From: an uncultured Gammaproteobacteria bacterium
Lineage (GTDB): Bacteria > Patescibacteriota > Microgenomatia > Levybacterales > UBA12049
NCBI GenBank assembly: GCA_964610465.1
Contig: CAZSWA010000002.1
Span: 13,423-77,422, forward strand
DNA: 64,000 nt
Reading direction: 5' to 3'
Below the pieces are notes generated by a model. That model worked only from the letters and a program-made list of their open reading frames with translations. It searched no databases and was not told the DNA's origin. Below are positions 1-9,192 of this stretch, piece after piece; position 1 is the stretch's first letter; each line of letters opens with the position of its first letter. Made by a program: the position numbers and the translations under genes.

Positions 1-674
1 AATTTATCAGTATTGCCTCACATGAACTAAAAACACCTGTAACCAGTATCAAAGTATTTATCAATATCTTACAAAAAATCATGAAACAAGAAGGGAATAC
101 AAAAATCCTTGAGTATCTGGAACGGATGAACAGACAAACTGATAAGCTTACAGGACTTGTGAAAGATCTGCTTGATTTATCAAGAATCCAAACTGGAAAA
201 TTTGAGTATAAAGAAGAACTCTTTTCTCTTGATGAATTGATAAAGGAGATTGTTGACTATATCCAACCAACTACCAGTAAACACAAAATAATAATAAGTA
301 ACGTGGAAAAGAAGAAAATTAAGGGAGATAGAGATAGAATAGGACAGGTAGTCATAAATTTACTCACCAATGCAATTAAATATTCACCAAAAGGAGGCCG
401 CATAACAGTATCTACCAAGACAAAAGACTCGCACATTACTGTTCGGGTTAAAGACCAAGGAATTGGAATAGATAAAAACCAGCAAAAGAAAATCTTTGAA
501 CGGTTTTATCAGGCAAATAGTACTGATTCAGGCTATCCAGGCCTTGGCATTGGGCTTTATATCTCAAGCGAAATTCTCAAACGTCATAACGGGAAAATCT
601 GGGTAAGAAGTACCACAGGTAAAGGCTCCTCGTTCTATTTCAGCTTACCTATAATTGATAAAGTTAAGAATTAA
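1..674 (+). CDS. Sensor histidine kinase, C-terminal part; the 5' end lies outside the window
   Basis: The frame is open from nt 3. Upstream residues FISIASHELKTPVTSIKV form an H-box. N-box NLLTNAIKYS, G1-box DQGIGI and G2-box GLGIGL are present, giving HisKA plus HATPase_c architecture. Confidence 0.8.
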   Translation, partial: FISIASHELKTPVTSIKVFINILQKIMKQEGNTKILEYLERMNRQTDKLTGLVKDLLDLSRIQTGKFEYKEELFSLDELIKEIVDYIQPTTSKHKIIISNVEKKKIKGDRDRIGQVVINLLTNAIKYSPKGGRITVSTKTKDSHITVRVKDQGIGIDKNQQKKIFERFYQANSTDSGYPGLGIGLYISSEILKRHNGKIWVRSTTGKGSSFYFSLPIIDKVKN

Positions 675-845
675 AGAAGTTATACATAGCTTTTATAATC
701 CCGCTTAACCTCCTATATGCTAACTATGCACAATATTGTATGTATGTACTATTGAACCTATATTTGTTGCCTGCTGTGCATATTGTCCCTTTGCCAAAAT
801 ACCTCTTGCATATTATAAAGCCTTATAGTATAATACTATAACTAT

Positions 846-1817
846 ATGGAGAATTTAAAATATCTTTCTGTAATTTTAGCGTTATTTACCTTACTGCTTA
901 CTGCAGATCAGGTAGTTCCAGCGTATGCTACAAATAATAATAACGATGATGCCAAGGCTGAACAAAAAGTTGACATGCCTCAAATAGACTTCTCAAAGTT
1001 TGATAAAGAAGTAAAAGGAGCTCAAGACCTAAAAGACAACAATGTCCATATCGACGTAAATCTTGTTACCAAAGGAAATGACGATAAAAACCAAAATAAC
1101 GGTAAAGATAAAAATCCAGGTGGTTGTGACCAAAATGGTTCAACAGGTGATAAAAACGGTGCACCATGCAATCCTGGGAAAAATAATGCTTCACCAGAAG
1201 GATGCTTACATGGAGAACCTGATTGTACAAAAACACCTACACCTAAGCCAACTGATTGTCCACCGAAAGCAACTCCAACACCAACTTATAAACCAAAACC
1301 AACTGAAAAACCAACAATAACACCAAAACCGACTTCTACTCCAAAGCCGACTGATTGCCCGCCAAAGGTCACACCAACTCCTACTCATAAGCCAACGGAA
1401 ACTCCTACACCAAAACCAACTCATACGCCAACACCAACTGTAACTCCAACTGCTACACCAACAACATTGCCAACTGTTACACCAACTCCTACACAAGAAG
1501 TGGAAACCCAAACACCTATCGTAATAAATAACAACAATACCAATAATAATAATGTCACGATAAACAACGACTTTACCAATACCAACGAAAACACCAATAC
1601 AAATAACAACAATAATTCAGTTGAGGAAACTCCTACACAAACTCCAACTCCAACTCCACAAGGAAAGGTTTTGGGGGTATCAACTGAAAATCTTCCAAAC
1701 ACAGGTAATTTCTTACCAAATCTTGGAAAACTCTTCCAAGCATGGGCAGCATTTGCATTAGGATTAATAGCAATAACTCGTATACGAAAAAACAAAACAT
1801 TGGCAGAGGCGAGATAA
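846..1817 (+). CDS. LPXTG-anchored surface protein with Thr/Pro-rich tandem repeats and an Asn-rich low-complexity segment
   Basis: N-terminal signal peptide. Repeats of the form PKPTDCPPK(A/V)TPTPT(Y/H)KP. C-terminal LPNTG followed by a hydrophobic stretch and a basic tail (RIRKNK), which is a classic sortase sorting signal. Confidence 0.75.
   Translation: MENLKYLSVILALFTLLLTADQVVPAYATNNNNDDAKAEQKVDMPQIDFSKFDKEVKGAQDLKDNNVHIDVNLVTKGNDDKNQNNGKDKNPGGCDQNGSTGDKNGAPCNPGKNNASPEGCLHGEPDCTKTPTPKPTDCPPKATPTPTYKPKPTEKPTITPKPTSTPKPTDCPPKVTPTPTHKPTETPTPKPTHTPTPTVTPTATPTTLPTVTPTPTQEVETQTPIVINNNNTNNNNVTINNDFTNTNENTNTNNNNNSVEETPTQTPTPTPQGKVLGVSTENLPNTGNFLPNLGKLFQAWAAFALGLIAITRIRKNKTLAEAR
1240..1500 (+). 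repeat. Imperfect in-frame tandem nucleotide repeats encoding the PT-rich linker of the LPXTG protein
   Basis: A repeated ccaactgattg(t/c)cc(a/g)cc(g/a)aa(a/g)g..acaccaac unit is seen directly. Spurious ORFs arise on both strands here. Confidence 0.5.
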
Positions 1818-1821
1818 TCTT

Positions 1822-2340
1822 ATGAAAACTCAACTTGCCCTTGTCTTTGGAAGCATCTTACTTCTTTCTTCTGGAATTCTTCTTCAATTTTCTGATACTT
1901 TTATCGATGCACCAAAAATTCCAGTTACCGTACAAGCACAGGTAACTAATTCATCTCCTGAAGAAGTTAAAATTCCATCAGTCAATATAGACCTATCCCT
2001 TGAACCAGGCGGATTTTATAATGGCAAATGGGTTTTATCGGAAACTACAGGAAATTTTATGCCGGTTAATGCGAATATTGCAGCTGGAGACGGATTTGTA
2101 GTCTATGCACACAAACGGGTAAATCTATTTATAAGTCTTAAGAATGTCAAAAAAGGCGATAAAATTATTGTTATGGATAATAAAAATAAAACATATACCT
2201 ATGATGTTTATAATCTGGAAGATATACGTGGAAATGAAGTAGGTAAAGTTGAATCAAATGAAAAAAATACCATTGTCCTTTTTACTTGTGATGGAGTGTT
2301 CGATGAAAAAAGACTTGTGGTAAGAGCAAAGAGAATCTAA
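1822..2340 (+). CDS. Sortase (class A/E-like transpeptidase)
   Basis: N-terminal membrane anchor. Conserved His (VYAHK), catalytic TLxTC-type motif (VLFTCDG) and C-terminal Arg (VVRAKR). It lies immediately downstream of its LPNTG substrate. Confidence 0.8.
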   Translation: MKTQLALVFGSILLLSSGILLQFSDTFIDAPKIPVTVQAQVTNSSPEEVKIPSVNIDLSLEPGGFYNGKWVLSETTGNFMPVNANIAAGDGFVVYAHKRVNLFISLKNVKKGDKIIVMDNKNKTYTYDVYNLEDIRGNEVGKVESNEKNTIVLFTCDGVFDEKRLVVRAKRI

Positions 2341-2359
2341 TAACCTGTATTTTTCCCAT

Positions 2360-2388
2360 TGACTCATTCATTTATTTCTGTTAAATTT
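2360..2388 (+). promoter_or_regulatory. Candidate sigma70-type promoter (TTGACT-17-TTAAAT) for the pyr operon leader
   Basis: Hexamers read from the sequence. The predicted start site falls at the beginning of the hairpin at 2393. Confidence 0.3.
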
Positions 2389-2392
2389 AAAT

Positions 2393-2429
2393 CCCAGAGC
2401 TCTATCCACTTATCCAGCTCTGTTTTTTT
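2393..2429 (+). terminator. Stem-loop (CAGAGCT..AGCTCTG) plus T7 run abutting the pyrB ATG. Either an intrinsic terminator of the sortase unit or an attenuator of the pyr operon.
   Basis: A 7-bp inverted repeat with a 14-nt loop is followed by TTTTTTT, and the pyrB ATG begins at the next base. The loop UCCCAGAGCUCUAUCC loosely resembles PyrR-type binding loops. Confidence 0.4.
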
Positions 2430-3401
2430 ATGAGAGACTTAGGGTATACACCTATAGGCAATTCATTTAAAGGAAAAGATATCCTCTCAATTACTCAATT
2501 TGATGCAAAAAGCATCCACAAACTTTTCTCCTTTGTCCCCAAAATGGCAGATATTGCCAAGCATGCAAAAGCTTCTCATATTTTAGAAGGAAATATTGTA
2601 TCTATTCTTTTTTTTGAACCATCAAGCAGAACATTTAATTCATTTGCAGCAAGTGTCAAGCAGCTTGGCGGACAAACACTTGAACAGCAAAATCCTATGC
2701 AGTTTTCATCATTTGCCAAAGGTGAATCCCTTGAGGATGCAATAAAAGTATTTGAAGCCTACTGTGACGCAATAATACTCCGCCATCCGGAAGTAGGAAC
2801 AGCCAAGAAAGCAGCAGACGCTGCTTTTTTTGTACCTGTTATCAACGCAGGTGATGGGATAGGCGAGCATCCAACACAAGCATTACTTGATATGTATACT
2901 ATTTATGAAAAATTTGGCAGACTGGACAATCTCACAGGAGTACTTGCAGGTGATATGCTCAATGGCCGAACAGTACACTCATTAATTCAAGGATTATCAC
3001 AGTTTAGAAACAACACTCTCTATCTTTTGTCTCCTGAATCGCTAAAGCTTAAAGAAGATGACTTGCTTGAATTTCAAAACAGGGGAGTCAAACTTATTGA
3101 AATTGACAGTGAAAATGATATTCCAAAAGATAGTCATTTCTGGTATTGGACGAGAGTGCAAAAAGAACGTTTTTCAGACCCAAAAGAATATGAAAAAGTA
3201 AAACACGCATTTATTGTTACCCCAAAACTTCTTGAAGAATATGCGTCAAAACATATGATTCTTATGCATCCTTTGCCAAGAGTTGGAGAAATAAGTACAG
3301 CTGTTGATAGTGATACTCGTTCTGTATATTTGACAACTCAAATCAGAAACGGAATGTATGTACGAATGGCACTCCTGGGCTTGGTGCTAGGCAAACTGTA
3401 A
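2430..3401 (+). CDS. pyrB: Aspartate carbamoyltransferase catalytic subunit
   Basis: SSRTFNSF (STRTR-region variant), GEHPTQALLD (HPxQ) and HPLPR motifs. First gene of the pyr cluster. Confidence 0.85.
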   Translation: MRDLGYTPIGNSFKGKDILSITQFDAKSIHKLFSFVPKMADIAKHAKASHILEGNIVSILFFEPSSRTFNSFAASVKQLGGQTLEQQNPMQFSSFAKGESLEDAIKVFEAYCDAIILRHPEVGTAKKAADAAFFVPVINAGDGIGEHPTQALLDMYTIYEKFGRLDNLTGVLAGDMLNGRTVHSLIQGLSQFRNNTLYLLSPESLKLKEDDLLEFQNRGVKLIEIDSENDIPKDSHFWYWTRVQKERFSDPKEYEKVKHAFIVTPKLLEEYASKHMILMHPLPRVGEISTAVDSDTRSVYLTTQIRNGMYVRMALLGLVLGKL

Positions 3402-3429
3402 ATCTTTTAAGAAAGAAGTTTTTAATAAT

Positions 3430-4524
3430 ATGGTGGGAAAACTTATTCTGCAAGACGGAACCTCAATTGAAGGACAAAGCTTTGGCGCAACGATAGCTAG
3501 CGCAGGTGAAGCAGTATTTTCAACCGGTATGGTCGGATACCCGGAAAGTCTCACTGATCCATCTTATAAAGGGCAATTGCTTATCCTAACTTATCCATTA
3601 GTTGGAAATTATGGAGTCCCAAATAAAAAACTATGGGAATCAAATAATCTTATGGTTTCAGGTCTCATAGTTAATAACTATATTGATACTCCTTCACATT
3701 TTCTAAGTGCAAGAACTCTTGCTCAGTGGTTTCAAAACGAAGGTATTCCGCTTATACAGGTAGCAGACACACGAATGCTAACCCAAAAGATACGGGATGA
3801 AGGCAACAAACTTGCAAAAATAGTTTTTGATAAAGATATTACGTATTATGACCCAAATCAGGAAAATCTTGTCGCTCAAGTATCAACGAAAGAAATTATT
3901 TTCAATCCTGCACCTGCGTCCAACGGAAAAACAAAAACGATTTTACTTATTGATTGCGGAGCGAAGAAAAATATTGAACGGGAGCTTCTTAAACGAAATG
4001 TAAATGTAATAACAGTTCCATGGGATTTTAATCCTTTTTCATCAAAAGGAGAAAATGTGCTTAAAGAACTTACTGGCAAAGAACACTTTGATGGCATACT
4101 TGTATCCAATGGTCCAGGCGATCCAAAATTTGCACAAAAAACAATTCAAACAATTAAAAAAGCACTAGATCTCAAAATTCCTGTTCTTGGAATTTGTCTT
4201 GGACATCAACTTTTAAGCCTTGCAGCAGGCGGAGATACGAAAAAACTAAAATACGGACACAGAAGCCAAAATCAACCATGTATTATGGAAGGAAGCAGCA
4301 GATGTTTTATTACGACGCAAAATCATGGATTTGCCGTTTTTGAAATTCCGGATGGGTTTAAGACCTGGTTTACCAATGCCAATGATGGATCAAATGAAGG
4401 CGTAATTCATACCAAATTGCCTTTTATGTCAGTACAATTTCATCCTGAAGCAACACCTGGCCCTGTTGATGCAGATTGGATATTTGATTATTTCTTGAAA
4501 CGAATTGGAAATCAGGAATTATGA
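3430..4524 (+). CDS. carA: Carbamoyl-phosphate synthase small (glutaminase) subunit
   Basis: CPSase small N-domain followed by a class I glutamine amidotransferase domain with GICLGHQLL (catalytic Cys) and FHPE. Confidence 0.9.
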   Translation: MVGKLILQDGTSIEGQSFGATIASAGEAVFSTGMVGYPESLTDPSYKGQLLILTYPLVGNYGVPNKKLWESNNLMVSGLIVNNYIDTPSHFLSARTLAQWFQNEGIPLIQVADTRMLTQKIRDEGNKLAKIVFDKDITYYDPNQENLVAQVSTKEIIFNPAPASNGKTKTILLIDCGAKKNIERELLKRNVNVITVPWDFNPFSSKGENVLKELTGKEHFDGILVSNGPGDPKFAQKTIQTIKKALDLKIPVLGICLGHQLLSLAAGGDTKKLKYGHRSQNQPCIMEGSSRCFITTQNHGFAVFEIPDGFKTWFTNANDGSNEGVIHTKLPFMSVQFHPEATPGPVDADWIFDYFLKRIGNQEL

Positions 4525-4560
4525 ATCAAACCATGATTCCTTATTCATGATTCAAAAGCT

Positions 4561-7500
4561 ATGAAACAAATGAAAAACGAAAAAAAGTTTCAAAAGGTAT
4601 TAGTTCTTGGTTCCGGTGCACTCAAAATAGGGGAGGCAGGAGAGTTTGATTATTCTGGCTCTCAGGCAATAAAAGCAATGAAAGAAGAGGGGATACAAAC
4701 AGTATTGGTCAATCCCAATATCGCAACTATACAAACTTCAAAATTTCTTGCTGACTCAGTGTATTTTCTGCCGGTCAATGAATTTTTTGTTACAAAAGTG
4801 ATAGAAAAGGAAAAACCTGATGGCATTCTCTTATCTTTTGGCGGACAGACAGCACTAAATTGCGGTATTCAACTGTACAAAAAGAAAATTCTTGAGAGAA
4901 ATGGCATCGAAATTTTGGGAACTCCCATGTCTGCAATTCTTTTGTCAGAAGACAGAAAAAAATTTGCCAATCATCTGCACAAACTTAATGTCTCAACACC
5001 AATCAGTAAAACTGCATATAAAACAAGAGAGGCTTTAGAAATTGCACAGGGATTAGGCTATCCGGTTATGGTACGTGCAGGATTTGCGCTTGGAGGACAG
5101 GGATCTGGTATTGCACAAAATGAGGAGCATCTAAAACAAATTGCTGACCATGCGTTTTCATTTGTACCCCAAATTCTGGTTGAAAAATATCTGCATCACT
5201 ATAAAGAAGTTGAATATGAAGTAGTCAGAGATAAATATGACAACTGTATTACAGTCTGCAATATGGAGAATATGGACCCGCTTGGAATTCATACTGGTGA
5301 ATCAATTGTTATTGCTCCAAGCCAAACGCTTACCAATTTTGAATATCATACCCTTCGCAATATTTCTATCAAAATTGTAAAAAGTCTTGGGATAGTAGGC
5401 GAGTGCAATGTACAGTTTGCGTTGAATCCGCGTCCACAAAATGATACTTCAATTGAGTATTACGTAATAGAACTGAATGCACGGCTTTCAAGAAGTTCAG
5501 CACTTGCTAGTAAAGCAACCGGATATCCTTTGGCATATGTTGCAGCCAAGTTGGCTCTTGGAAAGAATCTTACCCAATTGCAAAATAAAGTCACCAAAGC
5601 AACCCAATTTTGTTTTGAGCCTGCACTCGATTATGTCACTGTCAAAATTCCAAGATGGGATATTGAAAAATTCAAAGGTGCAGAAGAAACTATCGGCAGC
5701 AGCATGAAATCAGTTGGAGAAGTAATGGGAATCGGACGAACTTTTGAAGAAGCATATCAGAAGGCGCTTCGAATGCTGGATTTAAATTTTGAAGGAGCAG
5801 TTAATGAAAAAGTATTTCAAAAGAATGGAGAAAAAATCACCCATCTTCTTGGAAGACCAACTCCCAAACGTATGTTTGCAATAGCCAAGGCATTGATGGA
5901 AGGAGTAAGTGTTGAAGAAATCTATGATATCACTGGCATTGATCCGTGGTTTATCTATAGAATCAAAAATATTGTAGAAGAAGAAAAGAAATTAACCATG
6001 TCATCTCGAAAAGTTCTGCAAAGCAGAACGACGAGAGATCCCCTACACCCAAGTAGCATGCATGAGATTTCTCCCCACACTCGGCGGGGTCGAAATGACA
6101 CAATAACAAAATCCCATCTTCTTCACCTTAAGCAGCTTGGTTTTTCTGACAAAAGAATAGGATTTCTCTTAGGAGTATCTGAGCTTGAAATACGAAGTTT
6201 GAGGAAAAAATATGAAGTTATCCCTTCCATATTTCAAATTGATACGTTGGCTGGAGAATTTCCTGCTCAAACTAATTATCTCTACCTCACTTATAATGGT
6301 GCTCATAATGATGTGAAACCTACCAATCAGCAAGGAGTCATTGTCTTAGGTTCTGGACCATATAGAATTGGTTCATCGGTTGAGTTTGACTGGACAAGTG
6401 TCAACACAGTTATGTCCCTAAAAAAACATGGGAAAAAATCAATCATTATCAATTGCAACCCCGAAACTGTTTCAACTGATTATGATATTTCTGATAGATT
6501 GTATTTTGAAGAATTGACCTTTGAACGTATTGCTGATGTGTATGACTTTGAAAATCCCTATGGAGTTATTATTTCAGTTGGTGGACAAACACCAAACAAC
6601 AGAGCAATGCCATTAAAAAAATATGGATGCAATATACTAGGAACTGACCCTTATGATATTGATAGAGCAGAAGATAGGAATAAATTTTCAGCACTTCTTG
6701 ATACACTTGGTATTAAGCAGCCTTCCTGGAATAAGTTTAATAATATTGATGAAGCGCTCAAATTTGCTGAGAAAGTCGGCTTTCCTGTTCTTATTCGTCC
6801 ATCCTATGTATTATCTGGAAGTAACATGAAAATTTGTCACAATCCTGCAGAACTTATGCAATATCTTGAGCAAGTCTCAACAATTTCTCAGGAGTATCCT
6901 ATCACTGTCTCAAAGTTTATACGTGATGCCAAAGAAATCGAGATAGATGGTGTTTCTGAAAAAGGAATTGTGAAAGCAATTGTTATCTCAGAACATATCG
7001 AAAATGCAGGTGTTCATTCAGGAGACGCGTCAATTCTGCTTCCACCGCAAAAACTCTATATTGCAACACTTCGGAAATTAAGAATCATTGCTGCTGATGT
7101 GGCAGAAGCGCTCAACATCACAGGACCATTTAATATCCAGTGTCTTGCCAAAGACAATCAGGTTTCAGTTATTGAAATCAATCTTCGCGCCTCCCGCACA
7201 TTACCGTTTATTTCGAAAGTAACAGGAGTGAATTTTATTGAGATGGCAACAGATGCGTTTTTCCATAAAAATATAAAACCTTTATCAATCAATTTCCTTG
7301 ACTACAATTATGTTGCAGCAAAAGTCGCACAGTTCTCCTTTGCTCGTTTAACTGGAGCAGACCCTGTGCTTGATGTTGAAATGGCATCAACAGGAGAAGT
7401 TGCCTGCTTTGGCGAAGATGCGGAAGAAGCATTTCTCAAAGCAGAATTAAGTGTGGGAGGCCATATACCACAAAAAGGAGTCTTTGTAAGTCTTGGCGGA

Positions 7501-7950
7501 GATATAAATAAAGTAAAATTCCTGGAAAGCGCAAGAAGATTACAAATACTTGGGCTCCCTATATATGCAACTGAAAAAACTGCCAAATATCTTAAAAAAA
7601 ATGGAATTCAAGTAAAACGCTTGTATAAATTGCATGAACAAAAAACTCCAAACATTTTACAGTACTTTCAGAAAGGCAAAGTTGACCTTGCAATTAATAT
7701 TACAGATAAAGATATAAAAAAAGAAGTGAATGATGACTATGCGATTCGTAGAACTGCAGTGGATTTAAATATCCCGCTTTTTACCAATCCGCAAAAAGCA
7801 GCACTTTTTATCAAAGCACTGTCTGAAAAAAATCTGCTACATCTTCCTATCAAGTCATGGGATCAATATCTCAATAATGAAAAAGCATCTAAAAAAATAA
7901 AAAAAGCTCCACAGATTGCAGAATTAATCACAACAAAAACCGATCTATAA
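4561..7950 (+). CDS. carB: Carbamoyl-phosphate synthase large subunit. It carries a ~28-aa GC-rich in-frame insertion in the oligomerisation region.
   Basis: Two ATP-grasp halves, an LGFSD oligomerisation motif and a C-terminal MGS-like domain across 1129 aa. The insertion at nt 6027-6110 is listed separately. Confidence 0.95.
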   Translation: MKQMKNEKKFQKVLVLGSGALKIGEAGEFDYSGSQAIKAMKEEGIQTVLVNPNIATIQTSKFLADSVYFLPVNEFFVTKVIEKEKPDGILLSFGGQTALNCGIQLYKKKILERNGIEILGTPMSAILLSEDRKKFANHLHKLNVSTPISKTAYKTREALEIAQGLGYPVMVRAGFALGGQGSGIAQNEEHLKQIADHAFSFVPQILVEKYLHHYKEVEYEVVRDKYDNCITVCNMENMDPLGIHTGESIVIAPSQTLTNFEYHTLRNISIKIVKSLGIVGECNVQFALNPRPQNDTSIEYYVIELNARLSRSSALASKATGYPLAYVAAKLALGKNLTQLQNKVTKATQFCFEPALDYVTVKIPRWDIEKFKGAEETIGSSMKSVGEVMGIGRTFEEAYQKALRMLDLNFEGAVNEKVFQKNGEKITHLLGRPTPKRMFAIAKALMEGVSVEEIYDITGIDPWFIYRIKNIVEEEKKLTMSSRKVLQSRTTRDPLHPSSMHEISPHTRRGRNDTITKSHLLHLKQLGFSDKRIGFLLGVSELEIRSLRKKYEVIPSIFQIDTLAGEFPAQTNYLYLTYNGAHNDVKPTNQQGVIVLGSGPYRIGSSVEFDWTSVNTVMSLKKHGKKSIIINCNPETVSTDYDISDRLYFEELTFERIADVYDFENPYGVIISVGGQTPNNRAMPLKKYGCNILGTDPYDIDRAEDRNKFSALLDTLGIKQPSWNKFNNIDEALKFAEKVGFPVLIRPSYVLSGSNMKICHNPAELMQYLEQVSTISQEYPITVSKFIRDAKEIEIDGVSEKGIVKAIVISEHIENAGVHSGDASILLPPQKLYIATLRKLRIIAADVAEALNITGPFNIQCLAKDNQVSVIEINLRASRTLPFISKVTGVNFIEMATDAFFHKNIKPLSINFLDYNYVAAKVAQFSFARLTGADPVLDVEMASTGEVACFGEDAEEAFLKAELSVGGHIPQKGVFVSLGGDINKVKFLESARRLQILGLPIYATEKTAKYLKKNGIQVKRLYKLHEQKTPNILQYFQKGKVDLAINITDKDIKKEVNDDYAIRRTAVDLNIPLFTNPQKAALFIKALSEKNLLHLPIKSWDQYLNNEKASKKIKKAPQIAELITTKTDL
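6027..6110 (+). repeat. GC-rich palindromic miniature element inserted in-frame in carB (family copy A)
   Basis: The ~50% GC patch lies in a ~33% GC gene and contains CCCC..GGGG and TCGAAATGACACAATAAC. It shares GA(G/A)(A/T)TTTCTCCC and a TCGA..ACAATAA tail with the pepP element. Confidence 0.45.
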
Positions 7951-7954
7951 ACGC

Positions 7955-9007
7955 ATGAGATTATTTACCTTACCAGGACTTATTGACCCACATGTGCATT
8001 TTCGCACTCCTGGCCAAACTCATAAAGAAGATTTTTTTACTGGAACCTCTGCCGCCCTTGCCGGAGGTTATACCACAGTAATTGACATGCCAAACAATCT
8101 TCAGCTAATCACTACAGAAGAGCGACTCAAAGAGAAAATTGCATTAGCAAAAGAGCAAGCCGTAGGTGATATAGGTTTTTACTTTGGATCGCTTGGGGAA
8201 AATTTTGCTGAGTTTCGCAAAGTGCAGAATAAAGTATTGGGACTTAAAATCTATCTTAATCAAACAACTGGCGGTTTTATTGTTGATGAAAATGTTTTCA
8301 GAAAAATCTGTGAAGCCTGGCCCAAACAACATCCAATTCTTGTCCATGCGGAAGCTGATGTTATTGCGCAAATTATCGAAATCGCTCATGAAACCAGGCA
8401 AAAACTACATATTGCACATGTAAGCTCAGAAGATGAACTGCAAACCATCATAACTGCGAAAGAAAAAGGACAGCTAGTTACCTGTGGAGTAACTCCGCAC
8501 CACTTATTTCTTACCTCAGATGATGAAAAATATCTGGGAAGTTTTGCCAAAATGAAACCAACTCTTAAATCAAAAAAAGATGTTGCATTTTTATGGAAAC
8601 ATCTTAAGTCAATTGACATAATTGAATCAGATCATGCTCCTCATACCAAAGAAGAAAAGCTATCAGAAATCTCGCCATTTGGTGTACCAGGACTTGAGAC
8701 AACGCTACCATTACTTTTGACCAGTATGCATCAGAGGAAAATTATGCTGGAAGGAATTATACAATTATGTTTTACAAATCCATCAAAAATATTTGGTATT
8801 AAACAAGATAAAGAAACAAAAATTGAAATAGATTCAACGCAAGAGTGGGAACTAAAAAATGAAAATCTTTTTACCAAATGCAAATGGTCACCTTTCAATG
8901 GCTGGAAAATGAAAGGAAAAGTCAAACGGGTATTCCTAAGAGGTACAAAAGTATTTGAAAATGATACAATGCTTGTTAAACCAGGATTTGGAAAGATAGT
9001 TTCTTAG
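7955..9007 (+). CDS. pyrC: Dihydroorotase
   Basis: N-terminal DPHVHFR metal-binding motif and the amidohydrolase fold. Consistent with its position in the pyr operon. Confidence 0.85.
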   Translation: MRLFTLPGLIDPHVHFRTPGQTHKEDFFTGTSAALAGGYTTVIDMPNNLQLITTEERLKEKIALAKEQAVGDIGFYFGSLGENFAEFRKVQNKVLGLKIYLNQTTGGFIVDENVFRKICEAWPKQHPILVHAEADVIAQIIEIAHETRQKLHIAHVSSEDELQTIITAKEKGQLVTCGVTPHHLFLTSDDEKYLGSFAKMKPTLKSKKDVAFLWKHLKSIDIIESDHAPHTKEEKLSEISPFGVPGLETTLPLLLTSMHQRKIMLEGIIQLCFTNPSKIFGIKQDKETKIEIDSTQEWELKNENLFTKCKWSPFNGWKMKGKVKRVFLRGTKVFENDTMLVKPGFGKIVS

Positions 9008-9027
9008 ATAATTATTTAATTATTGTC

Positions 9028-9048
9028 ATTCCCGACTTGATCGGGAAT
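9028..9048 (+). terminator. Short perfect hairpin ATTCCCGA-cttga-TCGGGAAT downstream of pyrC. It may be a terminator or a processing/regulatory stem.
   Basis: An 8-bp inverted repeat is seen directly with no clear T-run after it. It begins with TGTCATTC, like the GC-rich element upstream of prfA. Confidence 0.3.
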
Positions 9049-9192
9049 CTATACAACATGAATATTGCTCCTTTTTATAATCCAAATAAAACTTACGAAG
9101 AAAATTTTAATGAAGGTCCTTTTGGCGCGTTTGCAGATTAAAAAATCTATAAAGACAAAGGAGAACCAAAATATAAAGTCTTTGGAATCCCT

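Noticed and set aside
1063-1833. Four overlapping ORFs (1063..1320 +, 1206..1511 -, 1421..1795 -, 1633..1833 -) inside the LPXTG protein gene
   Set aside because: They arise from the codon-biased PT-rich and N-rich tandem repeats, so any frame stays open. They are wholly contained in a well-supported CDS with a signal peptide and sorting signal.
3876-7586. Short antisense or alternate-frame ORFs within carA/carB (3876..4109 -, 5477..5707 +, 7308..7586 -)
   Set aside because: Embedded in strongly conserved CarA/CarB coding sequence and have no independent signals.
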